A DNA stretch of 30,132 nt, taken from Acidobacteriota bacterium (lineage in GTDB: Bacteria > Acidobacteriota > UBA6911 > RPQK01 > JADFOI01). A program made the translations under genes and the position numbers. The notes under the pieces were generated by a model. The model was not told where the DNA came from. It worked only from the letters and a program-made list of their open reading frames with translations, and did no database searches. Location of the stretch: positions 1 to 30,132 of the forward strand of contig JAPYTY010000001.1 in assembly GCA_029942065.1 (NCBI GenBank). The letters run 5' to 3'. Below are positions 8,096-16,607 of this stretch, in pieces; positions within the stretch are counted from its first letter, which is position 1, and each line of letters starts with the position of its first letter.

Positions 8096-8751
8096 AGAAT
8101 AATTGCCAGGTCGAGCGTGAGGAGATGGTGTCAAGCCAGCTGGAAAAAAGAGGCATCCGTGAGGCCCGGGTCCTCGAGGCCTTCAGGGGGGTCCCGAGGC
8201 ATGAGTTCGTTCCTGGCCACCTGAAGGGCCGGGCCTACGCCGATGGCCCTCTTCCACTCGACCAGGGGCAAGCAATTAGCCAGCCTTACATGGTGGCCAT
8301 CATGACTCAGGCGGCCAGGCTGAGCCCGGGTCAGCGAGTTCTTGAAATTGGCACCGGCAGCGGCTACCAGTCGGCCATCCTGGCCGAAATGGGCATGGAG
8401 GTGTACACCATCGAGCGGATGGCAGTCCTCAGCAAGCAGGCCAAGGGAACGCTGCAGCGCCTGGGCTACCATGGAGTGCGCGCCAAGGTGGGAGACGGCA
8501 CCCTGGGCTGGAAGGACGAAGCCCCTTTCGATGCCGTACTGGTGACCGCTGCTGCCCCGGAGCTCCCCGCACCCCTGCTGGATCAGCTGGAACTGGGAGG
8601 CCGATTGGTGATCCCCCTGGAAGAAGGCCCCTCCCAGGTACTTTACGTGATCACACGTCGTCAGAGCGATTTCCATAGGAATCGGGGCGAACGCTGCACC
8701 TTCGTGCCCTTGATCGGTGAGTATGGCTGGGAAAAAGACCCGCGACCCTAG
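8092..8751 (+). CDS. pcm: Protein-L-isoaspartate O-methyltransferase
   Basis: VPRHEFVP, QAISQPYMVA, LEIGTGSGYQ, GDGTLGW, APFDAVLVTAA, FVPLIG; ATGA overlap with rnhB. Confidence 0.96.
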   Translation: MKNNCQVEREEMVSSQLEKRGIREARVLEAFRGVPRHEFVPGHLKGRAYADGPLPLDQGQAISQPYMVAIMTQAARLSPGQRVLEIGTGSGYQSAILAEMGMEVYTIERMAVLSKQAKGTLQRLGYHGVRAKVGDGTLGWKDEAPFDAVLVTAAAPELPAPLLDQLELGGRLVIPLEEGPSQVLYVITRRQSDFHRNRGERCTFVPLIGEYGWEKDPRP

Positions 8752-8903
8752 CCTGAATTATGCATGGGTCGTCTTCGTTCCTCAGATGAAGGCGGCGTCA
8801 CGAAGGGCCGCAGGCGCCGCGGTGACAAGGCGGTCAGTGCGGATGGATGCGGGCTGCCCCGGATGGTGCGTTATTCTCGCAGCGAAGCGGCGAGGAATCG
8901 GGC

Positions 8904-9595
8904 TCAAGGAATCAATTTGAAGGTGCCCTGGTGGCTTCCGAAGTTGGCGGTGTCGGCCTGAGAAGCCGAGACCACAACACGGAGAACTTCATGGTCCTTC
9001 CGGGCTCTGGGCGTGCGAAACTGACAGTCAGGCACATTGGGTCGGTCGGCATATTGGAGCGTGATCTCATCCAGGGGCTCCTCGTTGTGATAAGGGGTTG
9101 CGAAAACGCCTACCTTGTCCGCATCCCAGAGCCCACCGGGCTCAATCAGGCAGCCTCAGAGAAGCCTCGCCGATGCCTCCAGATGAACCGGGTCATCGGG
9201 GCCGAACACCTCCACGCTGGCCGGGGTAGGGTTGTCCAGAGCCCTGCGCGAACCCAACGCAATCTGATCGGACTGGAACCCGGAAAGTTTCGCAACCAAT
9301 CCGCATGCACTCAAATTGAGCGAGTCGGCGACACCCAGCGACGAGGCGCCCCCAAAGGGCCCGGCCGTGATGCTACTGCTCGCACCCATGGAAGAAAGGC
9401 CGCCGTACTGACTGGAGGATACGGAAGCATCCATGGGCTGAAGGGCATCCTGTGCACCCCGGCCTGCGTTCAGCTGAAAACTAAAGGTGCCGCCGCTGGT
9501 GGCGTACTCCTAACGCACCACGCTGCCCTGCTCTTGTGGCCAACCCCGGATCCCGAAGAGGCAAAAAACAGCAGCGCGAAAACCTTGCCTTTCAT
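8904..9595 (-). pseudogene. Disrupted gene for an exported protein of about 230 codons (1-nt frameshift, in-frame TAG, in-frame TGA)
   Basis: ATG 9595 gives MKGKVFALLFF. Adding one T to the T6 run (9563-9568) yields a signal-like MKGKVFALLFFCLFGIRGWPQEQ. One frame then runs to TGA 8906-8904, interrupted only by TAG 9512-9510 and TGA 9158-9156. The 290-aa + strand ORF lies in the same codon register (antisense shadow). No family recognised. Confidence 0.6.
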
Positions 9596-9835
9596 GGCCC
9601 TACCCCGTCTATTCAGCATTGCAATCCCTCGCCGTTACTACAGCCCTGGGCTGTTGTCTAGCTCGGCCTGCGAGCGCCCTCCCAGGCGGGTCGATTCGGC
9701 CACAACCTCCAGGCAGTGAAATGAATCTTGCTTTTGCATTGCGTTCATTGCACCAATGCGTTTTGATTTGCTTGATTACCTCTTGTCCTCTAAAAAGGCG
9801 GCTTCGCAAAGGGTTACGGTGGGCCGCAAGGAATC

Positions 9836-9925
<90 letters not shown>

Positions 9926-10012
9926 GGTCGCGGGCGCCATTCCTAGATTTACATAATCCGAACTGGCTATCGCATTGTAAGGAACGGCGATCCTGCCGGT
10001 CAAACCAACCGA

Positions 10013-13000
10013 TTACTTTCCGTCGCGGGAAAGCTTGCCCAGTTCGACAACCGCTTGGTGGGCTTGGGCCGCAACCTGTCGATAGCGCTCATCCTGAGAG
10101 CCCTGGGCAGCGCCGTCATCGGCCTCGACCTTGATGGCGGGCCCCAAGAACACCTCGATCGGTGTGGGCCGAGGGAAAGTTGCGCCTGGCGGCATGGCCC
10201 GATAGGCGCCCTGGATGTAGATGGGGACAATGGGTGCGCCCGATTCGGCTGCGATCAGCCCTATCCCCGGCTTGAAGTCCTGGATACGGCCCGTCCTGGA
10301 GCGCGTCCCTTCTGGAAAGATAAGTACCGGCTCGCCCTCCGCCAGGATGGCCGTCACCAGGCGCAGGCTTGCCAAGGAGGCCTCCTCCCTCTCCACGGGC
10401 ACAAGGTTGAGAAGCGCGCTGAGCGCCCAACCCTTGAATGTATGGTCAAAGAAGTAGTCCCTGGCCCCTAAAACGTGCAGCCTCGTCGCCTCGTCGGGGC
10501 CCAGCGCGACACCCAGGGAGGCGATGACGGCCGCGGCATCCAGGTGGCTACTATGATTGGCGGCGATGATGTAGGACTGGCTGCGGGGAAAATGCTCCGG
10601 GTTGTGCAGCCGTAGCTGGAAATAGGACTTGTACAGGCCCTTGAGGGTCGCGAAAGAGGTGCGCAACAAAAATTGGTCGGTCGCCGAACGCTTGGCGTAG
10701 GGCCGAGCCGAACGGATCTGAATGGGCCGAGGGGCGGCCTCGTCGGCCGGCGACAACGATCGGGCTTGTTCCAGAACCTGTCCCGCCGTCTGCAGGCTGG
10801 CTGCCACCTGGTCTGGGACCGACACTCCCAAAGTTCGCTCCACGTACAGCAGGAATTCGATGGCCATGAGCGAATCGAAACCAAGATCGGTATAGAGGTG
10901 GCTCTTGTCGCCGATTTCCTGAACAGGGATCCCGGAAAGTCGACTCAATTCCGCCAGTATTTTTTCTTTCTGGCTCCGAGGCGACCCCGTCTGCGGCGCC
11001 CCCCGGGTGGCGGTAGTTCGATTCTGGCGCTGTTGCGACATCAATTTCCGGCGGACCTCTTCTCTGTTGATTTCTCCCGAGTCGGTTCGGGGAAGGGGTT
11101 CCATCCAGGTATGGACGTGTTGGAGTCTATGGTAGCTGGGTAATTCCCTGGCCATCTTTTGAATTTCCTTCTGCAGTTCCTTTTTTGCTTCGCCAGGATC
11201 ACCTCCTGCTCGGGCCGCCAGGGTGGGCACCACGGCTGCATGGATGTCCTCCGTTAAACCGCTTGAAATCCCTATCACGCACACCTCTTCGATGGAGGAA
11301 ATGCTGCGGTAAATTGCCTCCAGGTCAACTGGGTAAACGTTCTTTCCGGCCCCAGTAACAATAACGTCCTTCTTTCGTCCCGTTATGTAGACGTATCCAT
11401 CGGCGTCAATCCAGCCCAGATCTCCGGTGTGCAACCATCCGTCTTTGATCGCCTTTCGGGTGGCGACTGGGTTCTTGTAATACCCCTTCATGAGGCTGGG
11501 GCTGCGCGCGATGATTTCCCCGGCGCCCTCCCGGTCCGGGGAAGAAATCCTCAATTCGACGCCCGGAAGGGGTTTGCCAACTGAGCCCTTTCGGCTCCGG
11601 TGCAGGGGATTGACGGTCAGCACGGGCGCAGTTTCAGTTAATCCGTATCCTTCGTAAATCGGCATTCCCAGGCCCTGGAAGTCTTCGTAGAGCTCTTTTC
11701 CCAGCGCCGAGCCTCCGCTCACAAAGAGCCTGATCTGTCCGCCGAACTCGCGGTGGATTCGAGCAAACAATTGACGGCCAACATTTTTCCCGAGTTTTTT
11801 TCCCACCGACAAGCTCAACTGCTTGGAGGTACCCAGGAGATTCGATTTCAGAGCGGATTTGGGCGCCTTCAGCAAGCGCCTCTCTGTATCCTCCCGGATC
11901 AACGCATAAAGAGTGGGCACTCCGAGCATGCAGGTTGCGCCCACCTCTTTCATGATTCCAAGGATCACCTTGGGCTTCAGGGAGTTCAGGTAGGTCACTG
12001 TGGCGCCGGCATTCAACGCCATCAGGAATCCGCAGGTAAACTCCAGGGCGTGGTTCAGGGGTAGAACTGAAAGCAATTGGTCGCTCTCCGAAGCAGGAAG
12101 GTAGCGATTGACGCCCAGTAGGTTGTTGATGAAGTTGCGGTGGGTGTGGATCGCCCCCTTGGGATCAACGATAGTGCTATTGGTAAAAATTATCGATGCC
12201 GGATCATCAGGGCCCACCTCAACTTTGCCTGGGTTGGCTGAGGCCAGCTTTCCAGTGCTGCGAGGGTACTCCTCGCGGCCAAAGGGCGTGCACTCCCGAT
12301 CGACATTGAGTAGCCTTACGGGAACCTCCGAACTTTCGTTGGCCTCCAGGCCATCAGTGGGGAGCCTTGACAGGCAATGTTCGGAGGTTAGGACAGCCCG
12401 AGCCTCCGTGAACCGAATAACCGACCAGACTTCCCTGTGCCAAGTTTGTGCGTCCAGGGGGACGACAATTACACCTATCGATACCGCCCCGAGATACGCC
12501 ATTCCCCACTCGGGCTTGTTCTCTGAGAAAAGAATGATCCGGTCGCCCTTCTTCAGTCCGGCTCGCTGCAGAGTTCCCCCGATTTCCCGAGCGGCCGCGC
12601 CCAGGGCCCTGTAAGTGAATTTCTGCCAGACTCCGTCGCGCTTGACCTGCAGGGCGGTTTTGTCGGGAAACTTGTCGGCCGCTCGGTCGAGCAGGGCATT
12701 GATGGTGGGGTTATCTCTCGTCGCATCCCGCTCCACCTCCAGAACTCCCGCGCCTTCCAGCTTAAGGATGTGTTTTTTGACTCCGGGTATGTGGACATTT
12801 TGGATATAGTGCCGCCAATTCAGCGAGCTTATATCAAAACCCAGAACCCTCTTCTCGTCTTCGCTGAGGGAGTGGAATAACTCCTGAGTGTTCTTTACTT
12901 CGAAGCGGCAACTGAGGTTGAGGTAGGGCTCATAGATCTGCCCATAATAATAAAGTCTGTCGTAGGCGGCCCGGACGGCGGACACTCTTCGCTTGAACTT

Positions 13001-14338
13001 GGAAAGGGTTGGGGTCGCGGGGAGTCTGGCCAACGCCGCTTCCACTATTTGCAGGGGGACTCTCCGGAGGTGATGCTGAATTCGAAAGGTGGTTGGATTG
13101 TGGAATTTGAGCGGCTTGATGTGGATAGGGCTTCCTGTTTTGTCGGCCATGGGGTTCTTTCGGAAATAGCCGTAAACTAGGTCGTGGAGTTCACCCAGGG
13201 TGACTGGGTTGGTGTCTCCAGTGGCCACCTGGTAAATCTGTAGGCCACCCCGCCTCAAGGCGATCGGAATGGCAGCCAAAAGAGCGTTGACAACCATATC
13301 CACCGGAATTAAGTCCAGGGCTATGTTGGCATCCAGGGGCAGCGCTCGAAGGCGACCTTTCCCGATGGCGACAATGAGTGGGTCGGCCATGCGTAACCCG
13401 TCGAGCCAACCCGGGGTTGGCTCAGCGATACTACTCTCGATTACGGAAGGACGGATAATTACAGTGGGTGCGCCGTTACGCCGTTGCAATACCATTTGCT
13501 CCCCGATAGCCTTGGTGTAGGTGTAGGTATCGTTCCACCCTCTTTGTTGGGCCCACTTCATACCCTCGGTGGCAAGTTGCTCCTGTAGCCACCTACTTTG
13601 CAAGCTCTCTAGTTTGTCCTGGTGGTCACCTCTCCGGCCCGACCTTCGGGCGCGCTTGAGTAACAGCTCTTTGGTAGTCGGCTGATCGACCTCGTTTTTC
13701 AACCTAGTTATCTTGCCTTTGAGTAGTTCGATTTCCCGATTGACATCACTGAACTTTCGGAGGGGGTAGGCTTCATTTAACTCCTCGCCCGTAGCCAGGT
13801 GGTGCATGGTTTCGGGCGCATTCTGGTTGGTCGCACCAGCCACATAGGCTGTAGAGACGTGAACTAAAAGGGCGTCCTTACAGGAATTAGTGAATTCAGC
13901 TACCCGGGCAGCGCTCAAACTGTTCCCTTCGAGGGCGGTGTCTAGGGGTGCGTCAAAGGAAACCACAGCAGCGCTATGGATCACAATATCAATCTCTTCG
14001 CGTAATTGACTGCAAACGCCCGCCTCCAACCCAAGTTTTTCGCTCAAGATATCGCCTGAGACAACAACTAGTTTTTCCTCCAAGAATTTCTTTGTGTCAA
14101 CTCCGTGAGATTGGTAGAGGCGGTCAAAAACACTCGAACCCAGTAACTCTTTTTCGAGGCGCTCTTGAGCGTTCACAATTCGGCCGCCGAGTTCCTGTTT
14201 GGGCCGGATCAAGATATAGACCCGCTTGACACCCGCAGCCAACCAAAGAATTTTCTCCACCAGTGGTTGCCCTAGGAAGCCGGTCGCCCCGGTGACGAGA
14301 ATCACTTTCCCCTCTAGCGCCTCCGTCACTCTATTCAT
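10013..14338 (-). CDS. ElbD-like multidomain lipid enzyme: fatty acyl reductase + AMP-binding domain + ACP + acyltransferase (1441 aa)
   Basis: TGATGFLG and Y272-TYT-K276 (extended SDR/FAR); GYGLTE, GWLHTGDLG, GRKKD (ANL adenylation fold); DLGFDS1156L (phosphopantetheine Ser); NH1262SSHLD and FPEGTRS (PlsC-type acyltransferase). Confidence 0.9.
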   Translation of the reverse strand: MNRVTEALEGKVILVTGATGFLGQPLVEKILWLAAGVKRVYILIRPKQELGGRIVNAQERLEKELLGSSVFDRLYQSHGVDTKKFLEEKLVVVSGDILSEKLGLEAGVCSQLREEIDIVIHSAAVVSFDAPLDTALEGNSLSAARVAEFTNSCKDALLVHVSTAYVAGATNQNAPETMHHLATGEELNEAYPLRKFSDVNREIELLKGKITRLKNEVDQPTTKELLLKRARRSGRRGDHQDKLESLQSRWLQEQLATEGMKWAQQRGWNDTYTYTKAIGEQMVLQRRNGAPTVIIRPSVIESSIAEPTPGWLDGLRMADPLIVAIGKGRLRALPLDANIALDLIPVDMVVNALLAAIPIALRRGGLQIYQVATGDTNPVTLGELHDLVYGYFRKNPMADKTGSPIHIKPLKFHNPTTFRIQHHLRRVPLQIVEAALARLPATPTLSKFKRRVSAVRAAYDRLYYYGQIYEPYLNLSCRFEVKNTQELFHSLSEDEKRVLGFDISSLNWRHYIQNVHIPGVKKHILKLEGAGVLEVERDATRDNPTINALLDRAADKFPDKTALQVKRDGVWQKFTYRALGAAAREIGGTLQRAGLKKGDRIILFSENKPEWGMAYLGAVSIGVIVVPLDAQTWHREVWSVIRFTEARAVLTSEHCLSRLPTDGLEANESSEVPVRLLNVDRECTPFGREEYPRSTGKLASANPGKVEVGPDDPASIIFTNSTIVDPKGAIHTHRNFINNLLGVNRYLPASESDQLLSVLPLNHALEFTCGFLMALNAGATVTYLNSLKPKVILGIMKEVGATCMLGVPTLYALIREDTERRLLKAPKSALKSNLLGTSKQLSLSVGKKLGKNVGRQLFARIHREFGGQIRLFVSGGSALGKELYEDFQGLGMPIYEGYGLTETAPVLTVNPLHRSRKGSVGKPLPGVELRISSPDREGAGEIIARSPSLMKGYYKNPVATRKAIKDGWLHTGDLGWIDADGYVYITGRKKDVIVTGAGKNVYPVDLEAIYRSISSIEEVCVIGISSGLTEDIHAAVVPTLAARAGGDPGEAKKELQKEIQKMARELPSYHRLQHVHTWMEPLPRTDSGEINREEVRRKLMSQQRQNRTTATRGAPQTGSPRSQKEKILAELSRLSGIPVQEIGDKSHLYTDLGFDSLMAIEFLLYVERTLGVSVPDQVAASLQTAGQVLEQARSLSPADEAAPRPIQIRSARPYAKRSATDQFLLRTSFATLKGLYKSYFQLRLHNPEHFPRSQSYIIAANHSSHLDAAAVIASLGVALGPDEATRLHVLGARDYFFDHTFKGWALSALLNLVPVEREEASLASLRLVTAILAEGEPVLIFPEGTRSRTGRIQDFKPGIGLIAAESGAPIVPIYIQGAYRAMPPGATFPRPTPIEVFLGPAIKVEADDGAAQGSQDERYRQVAAQAHQAVVELGKLSRDGK

Positions 14339-14526
14339 GCTCTTGCTTCAATCCTCACGTTTTTCATTCCGCCCCTCGCCCCACCTGCTCTCCCCTTGGA
14401 AGGGCGAGAGTAGTATAGATTATCTCACGGAATTCGGCCGCCTGAAGCACTCTCGCTACCGGCGCCCTCCCGGGTCCTTGATCGCATTGCTGAATGGGCG
14501 TACCGAGGGTGACTTCCTGGGTGCGG

Positions 14527-14535
14527 TGGTATAAT
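14527..14535 (+). promoter_or_regulatory. Extended -10 promoter of tRNA-Sec
   Basis: TG-G-TATAAT, a perfect extended -10, ending 11 nt before the mature tRNA 5' end. Confidence 0.75.
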
Positions 14536-14545
14536 TCTCGGGCAG

Positions 14546-14644
14546 GGAGGTACTTCCCGCCTGGTGACGGGCCTGGTCTTCAAAACCAGTCGAACTGCAG
14601 CGAGAGTTGTGGTTGGTGGGTTCGATTCCCATGTACCTCCGCCA
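14546..14644 (+). tRNA. selC: tRNA-Sec (anticodon TCA), 99 nt
   Basis: 8-bp acceptor GGAGGTAC/GTACCTCC; 6-bp D-stem with TGGT loop (one C.A mismatch); CTGGT-CT TCA AA-ACCAG; 9-bp variable arm with GAGA loop; GTGGG TTCGATT CCCAT; G73 then CCA. Confidence 0.96.
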
Positions 14645-14961
14645 GAGTGTGGGGATGGACTCATTAGTTCTAGGTATAAGATAAATCAACTAGTTATCTT
14701 TTTATAAGAAGTAGTAGTCTCTGTGTATTTGTTGAAAAAACCGCCAATCTGCGCCAGTCCGGGTCTGACCGCCTGGAACAACATGTGAATAATAATTTAA
14801 TAGGGGGTGGGAAGTTAAGAGGCAAGGCGGTAAACGGATCCGAGTGCCGGTAATCCACAGTCGTCCTTCAATAGAGCCCAGATAAAGAGAGCAAACTAGA
14901 AGACTTGAGTGGGGTTTGCCACTGTTGAAATCTTCTGGGCGCGAACCCTTGAGGTGAAAAG
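14645..14961. other. Candidate chromosomal replication origin (oriC)
   Basis: 14661-14740 is 20/80 G+C. Trio-like AAG AAG TAG TAG (14706-14717), a 4-nt spacer, then overlapping DnaA-box-like TGTGTATTT/TGTTGAAAA (14722-14738). Further boxes: TGTGAATAA (14784-14792) and TAATCCACA (14851-14859). rpmH, parAB, parS and mnmG are nearby. Confidence 0.65.
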
Positions 14962-15810
14962 ATGTGTGAAAAAATGATCATCGCCATCCAGGGCGAGCGG
15001 GGATCTTATAGCGAGCAGGCCGCAACAGAGCTCCTGGGTTTCGAGGTGGAAGTTTCTTGTTGTGAATATTTTGAAGAGGTTTTCGAGCGAACTGCAAATA
15101 AAAACACAACCCATTGCCTGATCCCCATCGAGAACTCACTCTCCGGGTCGATTCACAAGAATTACGACCTACTCCTCCGGCACAACCTAAAAATCACTCG
15201 CGAGATCAACCTACCCGTGCAACATAGCCTGGTGGTTGCACCTGGAGTGAAATTCGAAGAAATCAAGGTTGTCATCTCTCATCCCGTTGCCCTAGATCAG
15301 TGCGAGAAATTCTTCGAGAAGAACCCGCAGTTAACCAAGCAAAGCGCCTACGATACCTCTGGCAGCGTCAAGCGGATCATGGAGGAGGGCTTGAAAAGCT
15401 CGGCGGCGATTGCCGGGGAAAGAGCTGCTGAACACCACGAAGCAGAAATTTTAATGGCGGGAATTCAGGACAATCCAGAGAATTTCACGCGGTTTTTCTT
15501 GCTGGCCAGCAAACTGGAAATGGGGGAGAATCGGAACAAAACATCTATTGTGTTCAGCTTCAAGAATACACCCGGGGCCCTATTCAAATGCTTGAGTGTT
15601 TTCGCTCTTCGCGATATTGATCTTTATAAAATCGAATCGCGCCCCATCCCGGGCCGAGCCTGGGAATACCTGTTTTACATGGATTTCCTGGGTAACCCCG
15701 AGGAAGAGGCTCCCCGCAACGCCCTGAGGCACTTGAGTGAATTAACTGAATTTCTGGAGGTGCTGGGAAGTTATCCGCGAGACGCCAAGTTGGAGAAAAA
15801 AAGAATTTAG
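14962..15810 (+). CDS. pheA: Prephenate dehydratase (PDT + ACT, no chorismate mutase domain)
   Basis: IQGERGSYSE, PIENSLSGSI, SHPVALDQC, ENFTRFFLL, KTSIVF, IESRP, YLFYMDFLG, LGSYP; GAGGTG Shine-Dalgarno at 14951-14956. Confidence 0.96.
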   Translation: MCEKMIIAIQGERGSYSEQAATELLGFEVEVSCCEYFEEVFERTANKNTTHCLIPIENSLSGSIHKNYDLLLRHNLKITREINLPVQHSLVVAPGVKFEEIKVVISHPVALDQCEKFFEKNPQLTKQSAYDTSGSVKRIMEEGLKSSAAIAGERAAEHHEAEILMAGIQDNPENFTRFFLLASKLEMGENRNKTSIVFSFKNTPGALFKCLSVFALRDIDLYKIESRPIPGRAWEYLFYMDFLGNPEEEAPRNALRHLSELTEFLEVLGSYPRDAKLEKKRI

Positions 15811-15917
15811 TGCCACATTGCCGCCGGCGTAACGGCGCACCATGGTAACCCGGGACACCGTGGAATAAGATCAAGGGCAGGCTGCGCCGGCAGCTAGTTC
15901 ACTCGGAAGGCAAGGGG

Positions 15918-16385
15918 ATGAAAGCGCTACCGCTCTTACTTTTGGCGTTTCTTGCAACCCCGGGCTTGGTGCCGATCGACGAAGAACTGCTCCCGGCCAT
16001 TCTTCAGGAGCACGAGGGACAGACAGTACTAGTGAACTTCTGGGCTACTTGGTGTATTCCATGCAGAGAAGAATTTCCCAACCTGGTGCAACTCTACCGA
16101 GAGCGGCACAAGGACGGCCTGTCCATTATTTCAATTTCCATCGACAGCCCGGAAAACGAATCCGCCGCCGCCGCCTTCCTGGAGGAACACAACACCCCTT
16201 TCCTGGGCTACATCGCTAACGCGGAGAAACTCAGGGAACTCCTAAGGGCGATGGACCCCGACTGGACGGGTGCCATCCCTGCCACTTTCATTTTTAACGC
16301 CCAAGGGCAAGAGGTCTACAGCCACGTAGGGAAATTGTCTCACCAGGAGATGGCGACGCAATTGGACAAGGTCGCCACAAATTAA
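15918..16385 (+). CDS. TlpA/ResA-like exported thiol-disulfide oxidoreductase
   Basis: Signal-like N-terminus, VLVNFWATWCIPCREEFP (CxxC), GAIPATFIF. Confidence 0.9.
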   Translation: MKALPLLLLAFLATPGLVPIDEELLPAILQEHEGQTVLVNFWATWCIPCREEFPNLVQLYRERHKDGLSIISISIDSPENESAAAAFLEEHNTPFLGYIANAEKLRELLRAMDPDWTGAIPATFIFNAQGQEVYSHVGKLSHQEMATQLDKVATN

Positions 16386-16405
16386 GAGGTCGCTGCCCCG
16401 CGGAG

Positions 16406-16434
16406 TTGAACGGCGACCGCAAAGTTGATACCAT
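16406..16434 (+). promoter_or_regulatory. Sigma70-type promoter of the rpmH operon
   Basis: TTGAAC-N17-TACCAT with TG at the extended -10 position. Confidence 0.6.
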
Positions 16435-16466
16435 CACCCCTCTCCACAGGAAGAGATTAAGGTGTT

Positions 16467-16607
16467 ATGAAGCGCACATTTCAGCCCAACAACCGCCGCC
16501 GCCGTAAGAAGCACGGGTTTCGAGAGCGCATGAAAAGCCGCTCCGGCAGGCTCATTTTAAAAAGGCGCAGAGCCAAGGGCCGTCATAGGTTGACGGTGAG
16601 TGGATGA
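16467..16607 (+). CDS. rpmH: 50S ribosomal protein L34 (46 aa; too short for the ORF track)
   Basis: Hand translation: [46 protein letters not shown]. Confidence 0.98.
   Translation: MKRTFQPNNRRRRKKHGFRERMKSRSGRLILKRRRAKGRHRLTVSG

Noticed and set aside
6641-8134. 497-aa minus-strand ORF, and similar long antisense ORFs (213-968, 1305-2030, 3949-4731, 24958-25647, 26627-27313)
   Set aside because: They lie opposite well-supported genes in GC-rich DNA and show no family motifs.
8847-9719. 290-aa + strand ORF in the track
   Set aside because: No recognisable motifs, and it shares the codon register of the minus-strand disrupted gene. Best explained as its antisense shadow.
9743-9758. Possible sigma54 promoter (TGGTGCAATGAACGCA, GG-N10-GC) on the minus strand upstream of the pseudogene
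   Set aside because: Only the core dinucleotides match; the CAC and TT positions do not. Too weak to call.
14680-14710. dif/Xer site in the AT-rich spacer
   Set aside because: The GATAA...TTATC symmetry does not fit the 11-6-11 XerC/XerD layout; the DnaA-box/trio reading fits better.
15918-16385. TlpA-like protein as a selenoprotein
   Set aside because: The active site is plain CIPC (TGT...TGC) and the gene ends in TAA.
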